Shown: positions 1 through 12,900 of the stretch, piece by piece | Position numbering within the stretch: the stretch's first letter is position 1 | Layout of the letters: each line of letters starts with the position of its first letter | The notes under the pieces: generated by a model | Told to the model about the DNA's origin: nothing | Database searches by the model: none | What the model saw: the letters and a program-made list of their open reading frames with translations, nothing else | Position numbers and translations under genes: made by a program | Source: a bacterium | Lineage (GTDB): Bacteria; Bacteroidota; Ignavibacteria; Kapaibacteriales; UBA2268 | Direction of reading: 5' to 3' | Assembly: GCA_024711295.1 (NCBI GenBank) | Contig: JANJTB010000039.1 | Coordinates: 8,319 to 72,318 of the forward strand | Length of the DNA: 64,000 bases

Positions 1-2
1 GT

Positions 3-2678
3 GGTCGTAAATCTATCTTAGGCTCATCTGAACCATTGTATGTTGTTGATGGCGTTATTATTGATAACTCATCATTATATGATGGCAGTGGAGTCGTTCA
101 GTTTTCAAACCGTGCTGTTGATATTAACCCTCAGGATATTGAGTCAATGGAAATTCTTAAGGGTGCATCTGCAGCGGCAATTTATGGTTCGCAGGCTGCT
201 AACGGTGTTATTTTGATAACAACCAAGAAAGGTAAACTGTCAAGTTTTGACAAGCCTGCCCAAATTACATACAATTCATCGCTGACCGTTGATGAAAAAA
301 TTGGAGAGGTTCCTCTTCAGACTAAATACGGTCAAAGAGTTCCCTGGACACCTGCAAGAGTAGGTTCCAATGATTCTTGGGGCGCTGAATTACCAGCCGG
401 AACTGCTGTTTACAACCATGCCGAGGAGCCATTCCGCACAGCTTTGTCTCATGAGCAATCTCTTACTATTTCCGGTGGTGTACCACAGTTTGACTATATG
501 ATCAATGGAACTTATACAGATATGCAGGGTTTTGTTGAGGGCTCAGATCTTACTCGCTCTAGTATTCGTGCTAATTTAGGTGCATCAATATTGCCCGGAT
601 TGTCCCTGCAAATGAATAATAACTTTGTATCTACCGACAATAGTTTACCTCAGGACGGATCGAATACTTCCGGTATTTTGCTGGGTGCTTTACGCTCACC
701 ACCAGAATTTAACAATAAAGATTATCTAAAACCTGATGGTGCTCAACGTAGATTTGGTACTTATGATAATCCGATCTGGACTCAAAAAGTGAACACTTTT
801 AACCAAAAGATTGAACGTATCATCCATAGCAGTGAATTAAAGTGGATGGTTTTAGACGGTCTTTCTTTGAATGGACGTCTAGGTATCGACCGTTATGAAT
901 ATACTACTTATGAGAGGTTAGCACTAGATGCTGCCGGTTCGCCTAATAGAGAAGGTTCAATAGGTACCGGTAGAATCACCAATAGGCAACTAAATCTTGA
1001 CTTTACGGCTAATTATCAGACAAGTTTCTTTGATGATGCTTTAAGAACTACATTTGTACTTGGCAGCCAAAATATTTGGTCAACAAGAAGTACTATAGGT
1101 GCTGATGCAGAAAGAACATTACCTTTCTATGACATGATTTCAGCAGGTGCTGTACGTGACGGTTCATCAGGTCTTACTGAAATCGAGAGAGGAGGTATTT
1201 TTACTCAGGTAACGGGAACTTACCTGAATAGATTCTCTCTTACTTTAGGTGTTAGACGTGACGGTAGTTCTACATACAATCAAGACCAAAATTACTTCTA
1301 TTTCCCTCGTATAAGTATGTCTTATACAGTTTCAGACGAACCATTCTGGGATGATTTACGTGGATTTGTTAGCAACTTCCGTATCCGTGGAGCATGGGGC
1401 GAAGCAGGTTCTCCAAGTTTACCTGATGCTTACGCTACTAACTTCTTGTATGGTACAGCAGGATTTTTTGACCCATGGGGAAGAAGTACTCTTGTTACTC
1501 GTAATGGATTTAGCGGTATTCGTCCCGGTGGTGGTACAACTAGCGATTCTTACACTGTAGCTGGCGCTTTGGATATTCTTCCTGAATTAACAATTGAGAA
1601 GGAAGTCGGTTTTGATATGGGCTTCTTTGACAATATGTTTAACTTAGAATTGACATATTATCATCAGGCTATTTTTGATATGATATTATTGGTTCCTGTG
1701 CCAACTTCAACAGGCTTTGACCGTAAACTTAGCAATGCTGCTGAAATGTGGAACTCAGGTCTCGAAGTTGCATTAAGAGCTACTCCTTACAGTTCAGAAA
1801 ATTTCACTTGGACAACTATTCTTAATTACTCTACATTTGATAACTTAGTTACCAAATTAAACGTAAGCCCAATGAATAATCCTGGTGAATTTGTTACTTT
1901 GGGTGGTGGATTTGTTGGTATCCAAAATATCGCCATGAAAGGCAAGAGACTAGGTACATTCTTTGGTTATGGCTGGCTCAGAGATAACAATGGAGATATT
2001 CTTTACTCTGGTGATAAGATCAGAACTGAAACTGCTCCTGATGGTTCAACCATATATATTAAAGATGAAAATGGTACTGAACTTCTTGATGATTGGGGAA
2101 TCGGACTTAAGGGTGCTCCGATGCAAAATACTGACCAAATAGTTATCGGTGATGCTAACCCTGATTTCCAACTTAGCTGGAGAAACGATTTTACCTTATT
2201 CAAAGACTTTACTATCGGATTCCTCTGGGATATGGTATGGGGATTTGATGTTTGGAATGGTACACGCGGTGCTCTTTACAACTTTGGTACTCACGGAGAT
2301 ACCGAAGACCGTAACGACCCATGGTTCAACTTTGCAGGCAATCCTGTTGTTGACCCCGATGGTAATCAGGCAACCAAAGAGTATTATTACAGATACTACG
2401 GCAATGGTTTCTATATTAACGAACCACATGTTCAGGATGGTTCATACATTAAATTGCGTGAGCTAACCTTTGAATATCGCTGGAGAGGACTCGAAGACTG
2501 GAAGATTAACTCCATAGTATTTAATTTCTCAGCACGTAACCTTTTTGTTTATGCTCCTAATTACACTGGTTACGACCCTGAAGTTAATACTTTCTCAGCT
2601 GCTGAGGGACGTGGATTTGACTACTTTACTCTTCCTCAGGTTCGTTCTTATCGTTTTGGTATTTCCCTAATTTATTAA
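3..2678 (+). CDS. susC: SusC/RagA-family TonB-dependent outer membrane receptor, 5'-truncated by the window edge
   Basis: Frame is open from base 3 ([17 protein letters not shown]). Plug motifs PLYVVDG and [38 protein letters not shown]; barrel motifs [31 protein letters not shown]; aromatic C-terminus; followed by a SusD-like gene. Confidence 0.95.
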   Translation, partial: GRKSILGSSEPLYVVDGVIIDNSSLYDGSGVVQFSNRAVDINPQDIESMEILKGASAAAIYGSQAANGVILITTKKGKLSSFDKPAQITYNSSLTVDEKIGEVPLQTKYGQRVPWTPARVGSNDSWGAELPAGTAVYNHAEEPFRTALSHEQSLTISGGVPQFDYMINGTYTDMQGFVEGSDLTRSSIRANLGASILPGLSLQMNNNFVSTDNSLPQDGSNTSGILLGALRSPPEFNNKDYLKPDGAQRRFGTYDNPIWTQKVNTFNQKIERIIHSSELKWMVLDGLSLNGRLGIDRYEYTTYERLALDAAGSPNREGSIGTGRITNRQLNLDFTANYQTSFFDDALRTTFVLGSQNIWSTRSTIGADAERTLPFYDMISAGAVRDGSSGLTEIERGGIFTQVTGTYLNRFSLTLGVRRDGSSTYNQDQNYFYFPRISMSYTVSDEPFWDDLRGFVSNFRIRGAWGEAGSPSLPDAYATNFLYGTAGFFDPWGRSTLVTRNGFSGIRPGGGTTSDSYTVAGALDILPELTIEKEVGFDMGFFDNMFNLELTYYHQAIFDMILLVPVPTSTGFDRKLSNAAEMWNSGLEVALRATPYSSENFTWTTILNYSTFDNLVTKLNVSPMNNPGEFVTLGGGFVGIQNIAMKGKRLGTFFGYGWLRDNNGDILYSGDKIRTETAPDGSTIYIKDENGTELLDDWGIGLKGAPMQNTDQIVIGDANPDFQLSWRNDFTLFKDFTIGFLWDMVWGFDVWNGTRGALYNFGTHGDTEDRNDPWFNFAGNPVVDPDGNQATKEYYYRYYGNGFYINEPHVQDGSYIKLRELTFEYRWRGLEDWKINSIVFNFSARNLFVYAPNYTGYDPEVNTFSAAEGRGFDYFTLPQVRSYRFGISLIY

Positions 2679-2694
2679 TCAAGAGGTGTGCAAT

Positions 2695-4056
2695 ATGAAA
2701 TCGAATAAAGAAAATAAAATAATGAGAATCCCATTTATTGCCATCCTTGCTGCGTTTATGGTTGTAATACTTGCTTCATGCGAAATTGACTCAAGTATTA
2801 ATAATTCTCCCAATGCCATTAACGAAGAGAAAGTGAAATCTGTAGATGGAATAAATGGTTTAATGATTGGTATGCAAGTTGCCTGCGGCGATTTTTACTC
2901 AGGTGACAGATCAAGAATCGGCTCTATGTGGGCGCAGCAAATGTGTGCTCCCGAAGGTCTTGGACGTCCACAACCTGTAAGCTGGAATAACTATCAAATG
3001 CAGACTGACGGGTTTGTTGATGATATGTGGCTGCTTGGTTTCCGTGGTGTACGTTTGGCTAATGACGTTATTCGTTATGCACCGGACGTTAAGCTGGGAG
3101 ATCCTGCAGAAACTTATTCAAATGTTTATGTTGGTATAGCTAAAGTTTACAAAGCTTTGATGCTTGGTGAATTAGCTGCTTACTACGGTTCAATTCCGAT
3201 TGACATCCCACGCGATCTTACTCCTCCGCAGTTTGTTACTCAAGCTGCTGCTTATGATGAAGTTCAAAAACTTTTGACTGAAGCACTTGGTCATTTGGAA
3301 ACTTCTGCTACTGTAACTCGCGACCTTAATTTCCAAGGTAATGTTGATAAATGGAAACCTGTTATCCATTCTTTGAAGGCAAGATATTATCTGCATGTCA
3401 AGAACTATGCTCAAGCACTTTCTGAAGCTGAGCTTGGTGTTAATGACCCTACTGTGAAACTACTGTCATTCTACAATGAAACCGCAGGTGAGTATTCTCC
3501 TTGGGGACATTGGGCACTGACTGAAGTTGGACAGCCTTTGCGTGCTACAAATACTTTTGTTAACGCTCTCAAAACTACAGGCGATACTCGTTTGACTACT
3601 TATTTCAATCCTGATGCAAATGGTGATTTCTGGGGTTATGCTTACTTTGTTAAAGAAGGTGCAGACACTATGGAAACCAAAAACACTAATTTGGTTACTT
3701 TGAATAAGTATGGCAAGTATGGAGATGATTTCCCACTTATTTCTTACGAAGAAACTATGTTCATCAAAGCGGAAGCTAAACAGCGTACAAGTGGCTCGGG
3801 ACTTGCTGAGCTAAATGCTATGCGCGGTACTTTCGGTATTGGTGATTATTCAGGAACTGATGTTTTAGGTGAAATTCTAAAGCAAAAATTCCTCACTCTG
3901 TTTCTCGAAGGTCAGAGTTATACTGATATGAGAAGAAGTGGTACTTTGCCAAACGCTAATGTTCCTAAGAGATTCATCTATCCTCAGTCAGAAAAGAACG
4001 CTAATCCTAACGTTCCTGCTGATGGCGATGGTTTGGTAGGCGCTATTCTTCCATAA
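2695..4056 (+). CDS. susD: SusD/RagB-family nutrient-binding lipoprotein
   Basis: Lipobox ILASC after a hydrophobic stretch; SusD-like motifs LKARYYLH, SYEETMFIKAEA, QSYTDMRR, PKRFIYPQSE. Start uncertain (2686 GTG, 2695 ATG with AGAGGTG upstream, or 2722 ATG). Confidence 0.9.
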   Translation: MKSNKENKIMRIPFIAILAAFMVVILASCEIDSSINNSPNAINEEKVKSVDGINGLMIGMQVACGDFYSGDRSRIGSMWAQQMCAPEGLGRPQPVSWNNYQMQTDGFVDDMWLLGFRGVRLANDVIRYAPDVKLGDPAETYSNVYVGIAKVYKALMLGELAAYYGSIPIDIPRDLTPPQFVTQAAAYDEVQKLLTEALGHLETSATVTRDLNFQGNVDKWKPVIHSLKARYYLHVKNYAQALSEAELGVNDPTVKLLSFYNETAGEYSPWGHWALTEVGQPLRATNTFVNALKTTGDTRLTTYFNPDANGDFWGYAYFVKEGADTMETKNTNLVTLNKYGKYGDDFPLISYEETMFIKAEAKQRTSGSGLAELNAMRGTFGIGDYSGTDVLGEILKQKFLTLFLEGQSYTDMRRSGTLPNANVPKRFIYPQSEKNANPNVPADGDGLVGAILP

Positions 4057-4078
4057 GATTCATCTGAATCATTACAAA

Positions 4079-4113
4079 GTGGGCCCGATTTATCGTCGGG
4101 TCCATTTTTGTTT
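4079..4113. terminator. Intrinsic terminator between convergent susD and heme-binding gene
   Basis: GTGGGCCCGA-tttatcg-TCGGGTCCAT followed by a T-run. Confidence 0.75.
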
Positions 4114-4572
4114 TTACTCAGGATGTGAATATTGATTTTTCTCTAATTCTTCTCTGTCGTATTTTCCGAATGTAGCTTCCAAGCCTCTTATGAACTCCGC
4201 ACTTTCAGTTTCGGATAAAACTGCTTCACTGTGCATAATTGTATATATCCACATGGGCATTTCTCCTGTTTTGAACTCATGGGCTGACTTCACTCCATCA
4301 TCGGCAACATATTCAGAGATATTAAAATGCTCGCGCCCCTCCTTTACGTCATATTCTACAAGGAACGATACCGGAGGTATGTGGCTGTACCAGGGCCACT
4401 TTGTTTCATTGCTGTGACAATCGCCGCAGACACGCATAAATGTAGCTTTTGTTTCGGGTGAGTCCCAGTTTGGTGAATTTTTTACCGCGGGATTCTCGTG
4501 CTTTACGAGTATTAGCTGTAAAACAAACAAAATCGCAACTGCCGATAATCCGATAATATACTTCTTATTCAT
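4114..4572 (-). CDS. Haem-binding domain protein (single CxxCH cytochrome c-like, N-terminal membrane anchor)
   Basis: CGDCHSNETKWPWYS...P.S...DV.EGR.H.N.S and GEMP motifs typical of the Haem_bd family. Confidence 0.8.
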   Translation of the reverse strand: MNKKYIIGLSAVAILFVLQLILVKHENPAVKNSPNWDSPETKATFMRVCGDCHSNETKWPWYSHIPPVSFLVEYDVKEGREHFNISEYVADDGVKSAHEFKTGEMPMWIYTIMHSEAVLSETESAEFIRGLEATFGKYDREELEKNQYSHPE

Positions 4573-4590
4573 ATATATATACTCCTACAA

Positions 4591-5391
4591 TTAAAATTCC
4601 AATACAATAGGGCAGTGATCAGAGCCCTCTACATCAGGAAGGTGATAGGAATTTTTGATATTATTCACCAGAGAGCCGTTAACAAAATGGTAGTCTATAC
4701 GCCAGCCCACATTATTCTCACGTGCACGCGCTCTGTTGCTCCACCATGTGTAATTATCCGGCTCCTTATTGAATATTCTGAATGTATCAACGTAGCCCTG
4801 CCGCTCTATGAAGTCAAGCTTCTCGCGCTCGACTGGCATAAATCCCGATGTCTCGATATTCTCCTTCGGGCGTGCCAAATCTATCTCGTGGTGAGCTGTA
4901 TTGTAGTCACCGCATACTATTATATTACGTCCATCTTTGCGATATGGTTCAAGGAAGGAGAATAATGCATCGTAAAACTCAAGTTTGTACTCTACGCGAT
5001 GCATTCCTGATGTTCCATTGGGGAAATATACATTAAAGAGTATGAAATCATCAAAATCTGTGGCTACAACTCGTCCCTCGATGTCGAATTTTTCCACCCC
5101 AATATCTGTGAAGCTGCTTTTTGCCTCCCTACGGGAATAAGTTACAACTCCGCTGTAGCCTTTCTTAGCTTTGGAATGATTGAAATAACCGCTATATCCC
5201 TCGGGATAGCGTAATTCGGGGAGTATTTGCTCTGCCTCTGCTTTGGTTTCCTGTATGCAAATTATGTCCGGTTGCTCTGATTCTATAAAATCAAACAGTT
5301 TGTTGTCTTTGGAAACTGTGTTAAATTTCTTCGATGGATTTTGCCCAAGTATCGAGCGGATGCCATTTACATTCCAAGATATTATTTTCAT
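4591..5391 (-). CDS. xth: Exodeoxyribonuclease III (AP endonuclease)
   Basis: ISWNVNGIR, CIQETK, GYSGV, NVYFPNG, GDYNTAH, YTWWS, GWRIDY, GSDHCP. Confidence 0.97.
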   Translation of the reverse strand: MKIISWNVNGIRSILGQNPSKKFNTVSKDNKLFDFIESEQPDIICIQETKAEAEQILPELRYPEGYSGYFNHSKAKKGYSGVVTYSRREAKSSFTDIGVEKFDIEGRVVATDFDDFILFNVYFPNGTSGMHRVEYKLEFYDALFSFLEPYRKDGRNIIVCGDYNTAHHEIDLARPKENIETSGFMPVEREKLDFIERQGYVDTFRIFNKEPDNYTWWSNRARARENNVGWRIDYHFVNGSLVNNIKNSYHLPDVEGSDHCPIVLEF

Positions 5392-5563
5392 ACTTAATTT
5401 ATATTTATTTATAACAAAACTTGCTTAACGAAAGATATACAATTTTGTTATCTTTGCTAAAGTTTTTAAATTATGTGACGATAAGAGATTAACAAAAAAT
5501 TCATCAATTTTTAACACTCAATTGCCGACTGAATATTATTTTTACTACATAGCTGTTTTTTTC

Positions 5564-5593
5564 TTGCTATTAACTTTATTTTTTATATATTTG
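5564..5593 (+). promoter_or_regulatory. Bacteroidota-type housekeeping promoter (-33/-7)
   Basis: TTG at 5564-5566, 19-nt spacer, TATATTTG at 5586-5593, upstream of the 5662 gene. Confidence 0.5.
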
Positions 5594-5661
5594 AATAAGC
5601 ATAGAAAGGTAATGACAAATTGATTTTTTTATTAGGTAGTTAATATTGATAATATTGCTGG

Positions 5662-6735
5662 GTGTTAATATTGAGTAAGTTTTTGTTTTATATATGTTTA
5701 TCGCTTTTATGCTGTTTGACGGTTATTAGCTATGAAGCCAAATCTAATGTAATTGTCAACGAAAAGTCCCACAATTTTGCAGTTTTGTCGGTGAATACCG
5801 ATACTAAATTTTCGAAAGACATTCTGGTTATCTTGCGAGAAAAAAAATCTCCCCCACCTAAAATTAAAACAGACTATAAGTACAATTTTATACATAATCT
5901 TAACAATTTAGATTCATCTGCTATGGCGGGTGATGGCAACTACGTAATTTTCAACAAAGACTCCGAAACAAATATCCGAATCGAGTCACTGAAGCCCGAT
6001 ACCTATTATATCCTTGATACTTACAAAGCTTCGGGCAATTCAAAGATTGCCGAGAAAATTGCTTCGCTCGAGTTCACTACTCTGGCAGAGCAACCTCTGC
6101 GTCAGGTTCAGATGATTCTTTGGGCTGATGTTACAAAAAACAGCTTCAAGCTGTTATCCGAGGGGGCACAAAGCCAAAACGTTATGTATGTGGTAAGCAA
6201 GGGCGAAAACGATTTCGTTCCGGTTGATGCTACATCGTACAAGGCAAATGCCACTTTCGGAAAAGGTTTTGAAGCCGCTAACGGTGTCTATGTTGTTAAG
6301 TCTGATGCTGATACTTCAAAGATTTTTTCCGTAAACGGTTTAGAGCCGGGAACTGCTTATTACGTAAGGGCTTATGCTCTGAATGGTAAAGGGCAGTCTG
6401 TGAATTATCACGAAGAAGTGGTGAAAAAAAGAAATTCTGTTAAAATTATCACAAAACTCGAAACTCCTGTCATCAAAAGCTTTAATTGTCCTCAGACTGG
6501 GGCTTGCAGAGTGGAGTGGGCTAAAGTTAAAGGAGCTGATACTTATATCCTTGAGCTTTCGAATGATGACAAATTCGAAACTCTACACGAAATTTACAAC
6601 GCTCTCGATGTCGGTGATGTGGATTCTTATGTTTTTGACGAATTAGAGAGTAATCGTACTTACTTCATTAGAATCAAAGCGTTAGGCAAAGTTGCCGAAT
6701 CCGACTATTCTAATCATCTAAGTAAAAAACTGTAA
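5662..6735 (+). CDS. Exported fibronectin type III domain protein
   Basis: Signal-peptide-like N-terminus; FN3 motifs SLKPDTYY, GLEPGTAYYVRAYA, ELESNRTYFIRIKA; no T9SS CTD. Confidence 0.75.
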   Translation: MLILSKFLFYICLSLLCCLTVISYEAKSNVIVNEKSHNFAVLSVNTDTKFSKDILVILREKKSPPPKIKTDYKYNFIHNLNNLDSSAMAGDGNYVIFNKDSETNIRIESLKPDTYYILDTYKASGNSKIAEKIASLEFTTLAEQPLRQVQMILWADVTKNSFKLLSEGAQSQNVMYVVSKGENDFVPVDATSYKANATFGKGFEAANGVYVVKSDADTSKIFSVNGLEPGTAYYVRAYALNGKGQSVNYHEEVVKKRNSVKIITKLETPVIKSFNCPQTGACRVEWAKVKGADTYILELSNDDKFETLHEIYNALDVGDVDSYVFDELESNRTYFIRIKALGKVAESDYSNHLSKKL

Positions 6736-6905
6736 ATTTTTTTGCTTGTTTATTGTTTTTATTTATGTTATTTTCATAATGACATATTTTGCCGATTTTG
6801 AATTTCAATTTTCAAAATTGCATTTTTTGTTCTTTTAAAAACTTGTTTTGTATATGTGAAAAAACTAAGTAATTACTAATTGTTCTATTTTTTAAAGGTT
6901 TTATT

Positions 6906-9900
6906 ATGAAACGTTTTATCTCGTTTTTGATAGTGGGAGTGCTTGCTACTCTGCTTTCTATCAATGAGGTATTCGCTCTGCCACCTTCTACGCAGGCATA
7001 TAACGTTACGTTTACCACTTTGGCAAACGGAAAGTTAAGAGTCATTGCGACGAAGGGTAACGGAACACATCGTGCTATAGCGATTGAGCAAGGTGCTACT
7101 GTTACCGGCTTGCCATCCGGTACTTATACCGGCGATGCGGATTACTTGAATGCTCCTGACATAGATGGTGCCGGAGCTGGGCTTGCACGCATTGTATATT
7201 TTGGTACAGACAGAAGAGTGGATATCGAAAACCTCACACCGGGTACTCAATATACCGTTAAGGTATTTGAGTATAATGTTGACGGATATAATGTAGCCGA
7301 TGCTACAAATAACCCCCGGTCTTATACCACATTGCCGGCAGCACCTGCTTTAACAGCTGCTACCGCAATTACTTCTTCCGGCTTTACAATTAACTGGAAT
7401 GACCCTGCCGGTACTTGGGATGGATTCGAAATTACTGTCGGTCTGACAAGTAATTTCTCCTCTTGGGCAGCGGGTTGGAATCCATACAGTGTTGGAGCAG
7501 CTGTAAATTCTCAGGCATTTACAGGCAATACAAATACTACATATTTCTACAGAATAAGGTCAACACTTGGTAGTGCTCGCAGTGCTTGGAATACTGCGGC
7601 TACTTCTGTTACTACTTATCCTGTAACTGCTACATTAGCTGAAGCAAGTGGCGCAGTATGTTTGGGTAATTCCTACTATCTTACTCCAACCGGTCCAACT
7701 CCGGGTGATGGCACTAACGAACATAAATTTAAAGTTTATGATAGTGGCAATAACTTAGTTAATCTTGGTGGATTTGCATATACTGTAATTCCACTTACTC
7801 CTTTATCAGTTGGTACTTATACCTATACTGTTGCTACTGTAAGCAACAAAACAGGTGAAGAAACTCCTGAAAGGACTACATTTATATTATATGTTAATGA
7901 GCCCGGTACTACTGCTGTAGTTGGTGACATTGCTGATATTTGTGCACTTGGCACTTATACACTAACTCTTACAGGTATCCAACCTGTAAACGGCGAAGGT
8001 ACATGGACTTATTCAGGTCCTGAAGGTGCAATTATCGCTGATGATAATTTGTTCAACTCAGAAGTTGAATTAGTTAATTACGGTGTATATTCTTTCACAT
8101 GGACTATTACATCCGAAGGTTGTAATACTACTTCTGACGAAGTAACATTTAATTACTATGCTACTCCTGATCTTGCAGTTGCAGGCGATGATGACTACTA
8201 TTGTGGTCTCACTGGTTTGCTTGATGGTAATGATCCCGTAAACGGTGAAGGTACTTGGACTTATTCAGGTCCCGGCACTATAACTTTTGTTGACGATAAT
8301 CTTTATAATACAGAATTTACTGCATCAACCTATGGAATTTACACATTTACATGGACAATTGCAAACGGTACCTGTACTCCAAATTCTGATGAAGTTGTAT
8401 TAACAATAGACCAGGAACCTACCGAAGCTGTTGCTGGTGAAGATGATGGTATATGCGTACCGACAGGTACAACTACAATCACTTATACTTTAGCAGCTAC
8501 TCCTGTAACTGTTGGTTCAGGTGAATGGACTGCTGTAGGTGGAGCAACATTTGATGATGAAACAAGTCCAAATGCAGTTGTTACAGTTCCTACTGTTGGT
8601 ACTTATACATTGACTTGGACAACATATTCACCATATTATGATGATGAAAGTGAGTCATCATGTCAACCAAGTTCAAGTGAAGTAGTTTTAGTATTCAGCC
8701 CTGCTATTGACCAGGCTGAAATTAATGAAACTACTGTGCTTGAAAGCATTGAATGTGGTGATTTAGATGTTCAGTTAATAGCTAATGACCCTGCTGTAGG
8801 TAATGGCTTGTGGACTGTATCAGGTCCTCAGGGTGCAACATATGAACTCTTCTTCGAAGATTTCAGCGATGCAATCTTTGTTACCGATACTTATGGCACA
8901 TATACTTTAACTTGGACAATTTCTGACCCGAACGGTGTTTGCGAAGATACTTACGAAGCAATCACTTTTGAGTTGGCTCCTGTTCCTGACCCTGCCATTA
9001 TTCCTAACAAAACTGAAGTTAACTTTGCTTGTGGCAAAACTACTACTTTAGTTGCTCAAGAGGTTAATGTCGGTACTGGTACATGGACAGTTAATGAAGA
9101 AACAGCTCCCGAAGGTGCTCAATTCTCATTTACAACCAACATTAATGCCAATACAGTAACATTTGTCACTGATACTTATGGTGCTTACAACTTTACATGG
9201 ACTGTCGTAGGTTGTACTCCTAATAACTCTGACAATATCACTGTAACATTCTATAATGAAATGGCTGGTTGGACTGCAGGCGAAGACCAGACAGCATGTT
9301 TGGGTGTTGACTTACCTATGACAGGTTCTACTAATCCGACAGTTTATACTGAAGGTATTGGCAATCCTGTTCCTAATGGTGAGTGGATAAAGGTTTCCGG
9401 ACCTTTTGGTGTTGTTGACTTCACTCCTGACAGATTTACATATAATGCCACTGCAGATTTCCCTGCTATAGGTACTTATGTATTGGAATGGAGAGGTTAC
9501 AACGGTCCTTGCGTTGTTAGCGACACTAAAACTGTTGTTGTTGTTGAGTCCGAAGTTGTTACATTCAACGATTTAGAGTTCAGCTACTGTAACAATGAAT
9601 CAAACTTAACTGCTTCATTATCAGCTACACCAACAGGTGGTACTTTTAGTGGTTCAGGTGTTTCAGGTGATATATTTAGCCCATTCGGACTAAATGCAGG
9701 TACTTATACTTTAACATATACATACAATCAACCTGCAGGTTGTACTTTGTATGACTATGCTTCTGTTGTTGTTACTGCTCCTACTGTAATCACTTGGACT
9801 AATACTTATGAACTTTGTGAAAATGAAGGAATTAACTTAACTGAAGCTTCACCATCAGGTGGTGTTTATTCAGGTGATGGTATAATGGAAATTGGAGGTC

Positions 9901-12900
9901 AATATGGTATTTATCCTACAGGACCAGGTACATATACTATAACATATTCTTATGAAAATGTAGATGGTTGTACTTCGGTTGCGGAAAATACTTATGTTGT
10001 TTATCCTTTACCTGTAGTTTCATTTGATCCTGAAACTCCAACAATAGTTTGCCAAAACAGTGGTGTGATTGACTTTACTGAATTTGTTAGCCCAATGGGT
10101 GATGCGACTTGTGCTCAAAGTGACATCCTACAGCTAATTAATGATACTGAAGTTTATGCTTTTACTGTTTATGATGGTAGTACACTTAGTAATCAAAATT
10201 GTGGTACTTTTGATCCTAATTTTGAAGGACCGGGTACATACACAATCACTTACTATTATCGTGATGTGAATACTTGTATTAACACTGCTACTCACGTTAT
10301 TGAAGTTCAAGCTACACCAGATGTTTATTTTAATATTGGTAATGAAGAATATTGTGTGAATGACGACACAAATGTTGACTTGATGACTTATATCTCGAAT
10401 TATGATTTATGTACTGGTGGTACTTGGACATTCGGTGGACCAGGCGTTGACGCTCAGGCAGGCACATTCAATCCAAGTATGACCGGACTTACCGAGAGCG
10501 GACCTGTTACAATCAATTATACCTATGAATGCGGTTTTTGTACAGTTGAGGGTTATGCAGAAGTATTTATTGAAGTTCCGACAGCAATTGAATTCGGTGA
10601 TCCAATATTTGTATGTAATACTGCTGACGATATAGTACCATTAACTGGTTATGCAACGCCAACAGACGGTGAATTTATTGGCGAAGGTATTGTATTGGAA
10701 GAAGGTAATTACTCATTTGACCCATCATTGGTTCAACCGGGTATTCATACAATAACTTATACATACACTACATTTAAAAATGAGAGTGAAATTGTATTAT
10801 GTACAGTATCGTCAACATTCGAAATAGAAGTATATGCATTACCTGTTGTTGAGTTTGTAGAAGCTCCAACAATAGTTTGCGGTAATACAGATTACTTCTC
10901 ATTCGAAACTTACGTTTCACCAGAGCCAAACTGTATGCCGGTAGGTCACGAACAAGAAATCCCAGGCGGAAATGGTGAGTTTACATATAGCGGTGAGTTT
11001 GGCGGCTATTGTGGAGAATTTAACCCAAGTCAAGTTGGAGTTGGTACTTATACTGTAACATATACATATACTAATGAAAACAATTGTACAGACTTTGCAA
11101 CACACGAATTCGAAGTTGTTGCACCACCGGTAGTTACTTTCGATGGAGAAGGTACACCTACATTCTGTACTACATATTCAGATGGTATTGACCTTACTAT
11201 ATTTGCATCTCCGGTAGGTGGTACATTTAGTGGTTCGGGCGTGCAGGGCGACTTCTTTACACCTTCAAGTGTAGGCGTTGCAGGTACATACACATTAACT
11301 TATACAGTTACAGATCAACTAACAGGTTGTACAAACTTTGATGAAATGGAATTTGTATTAGTTGCTCCTACTCCTATCACATGGACAAACACTTACGAAG
11401 TATGTGCTAACGGTTCAGTTATTGAACTTTCAGGTGATGCGTTACCTGTAGGTGGTACTTACAGTGGTACAAATGTATCAGGTGGCAACTTTGACCCAAC
11501 AGGCTTGAGCGTAGGTCAATATACAATAACTTACACTTATGATAATGATTACTGCGTAACAACAGCAACTAAGATTGTTTATGTACGTCAAAATCCTGAT
11601 ATTTCATGGCCCGACTATCCAAACAATAACACATTCTGTGTACAAAGCACAAGTGTAGATATCAGAAATGCAACACCATCAGGTGGTTCATTCACTATCA
11701 TACCTAACCTTGGTCTTGAAATCACAGGTAACCCATTCGACCCATCAGCGGTTGGTGTCGGTACATACACACTTACTTATACCTATATCAATGTATTTGG
11801 TTGTGTTGATGTCGAAACTAAAGTTATCAGCATTATTGATGAGCCAACTTCAGTTGCATTCAGCAATCCTGAAGGTTCATTCTGTAATGATGATGAAACA
11901 GGTTTTGATTTGACAACTTTGGCAAGCCCTGCCGGCGGTACATTCGCAGGCGCAGGTGTTGAAGGCACTACATTTAGCCCATTTGGATTAAATGCAGGAA
12001 CTTATACATTGACATACTCATTAACTCATGCATGTGGCGATTATTTCGATACAGCAGAGTTTATCGTAGTTGCTCCTGCAACAATAGTATGGGAACTTAA
12101 CACAGCAACAGTATGCGCAACAGAAACATCATTTGATATCGGTGGCGCTACCCCTACAGGTGGTACTTACAACGGTGGTTCAATCATTCTTGACGGAACT
12201 ACATTCAACCCATCTACAGCAAGTGTTGGTCTTCATGTATTTACATACACTTATGTTGATGGTCCTTGCGAATCAGTAGCAACATTAGAAGTAGAAGTTG
12301 TTCCTGCTCCGGTTGTAACATGGACACAAACATTTGCAGATTACTATTGTGCTAATGACAATAGTGGAATCGCTCTTACAGGCGCTCCTGCAAACGGTCA
12401 GTACACAGTAGAACCATCTACAAATGCACTGTCATTAGGTACATTTACTCCTTCAATGGCAGAAGCCGGTACTTACACAATTACTTATACAGTAACAATC
12501 GGCTCATGTTCTGACTATGCAACTCAGACAATCGTTGTAGCTCCACTTCCTGAAGTATCAGCAGGCGTTTATGAAAATGTTTGTATAACAGCTTCTTCAT
12601 TCACACTTACAGCAGGTACACCTGAAGGTGGCAATTACTCAGGTAACGGTGTATTATCAAATGTATTCAACCCGGCTTCTGCAGGCGTTGGTATCCATAC
12701 ATTGACATATACATACCAAGATCCTGTAACATTGTGCTACAACAGTGCAACAACTACAATTCAGGTAGATGAACAACCAGTTATCTCCTGGACAGCAACA
12801 TACGGTCCATACTGCGAAAGTGACGAGTCAACTTATCAATTCAATGCTCAGGCATCAATTGGTATCGGCGAGTACTCAGGTCCTGGTGTTGATGGTGGAT

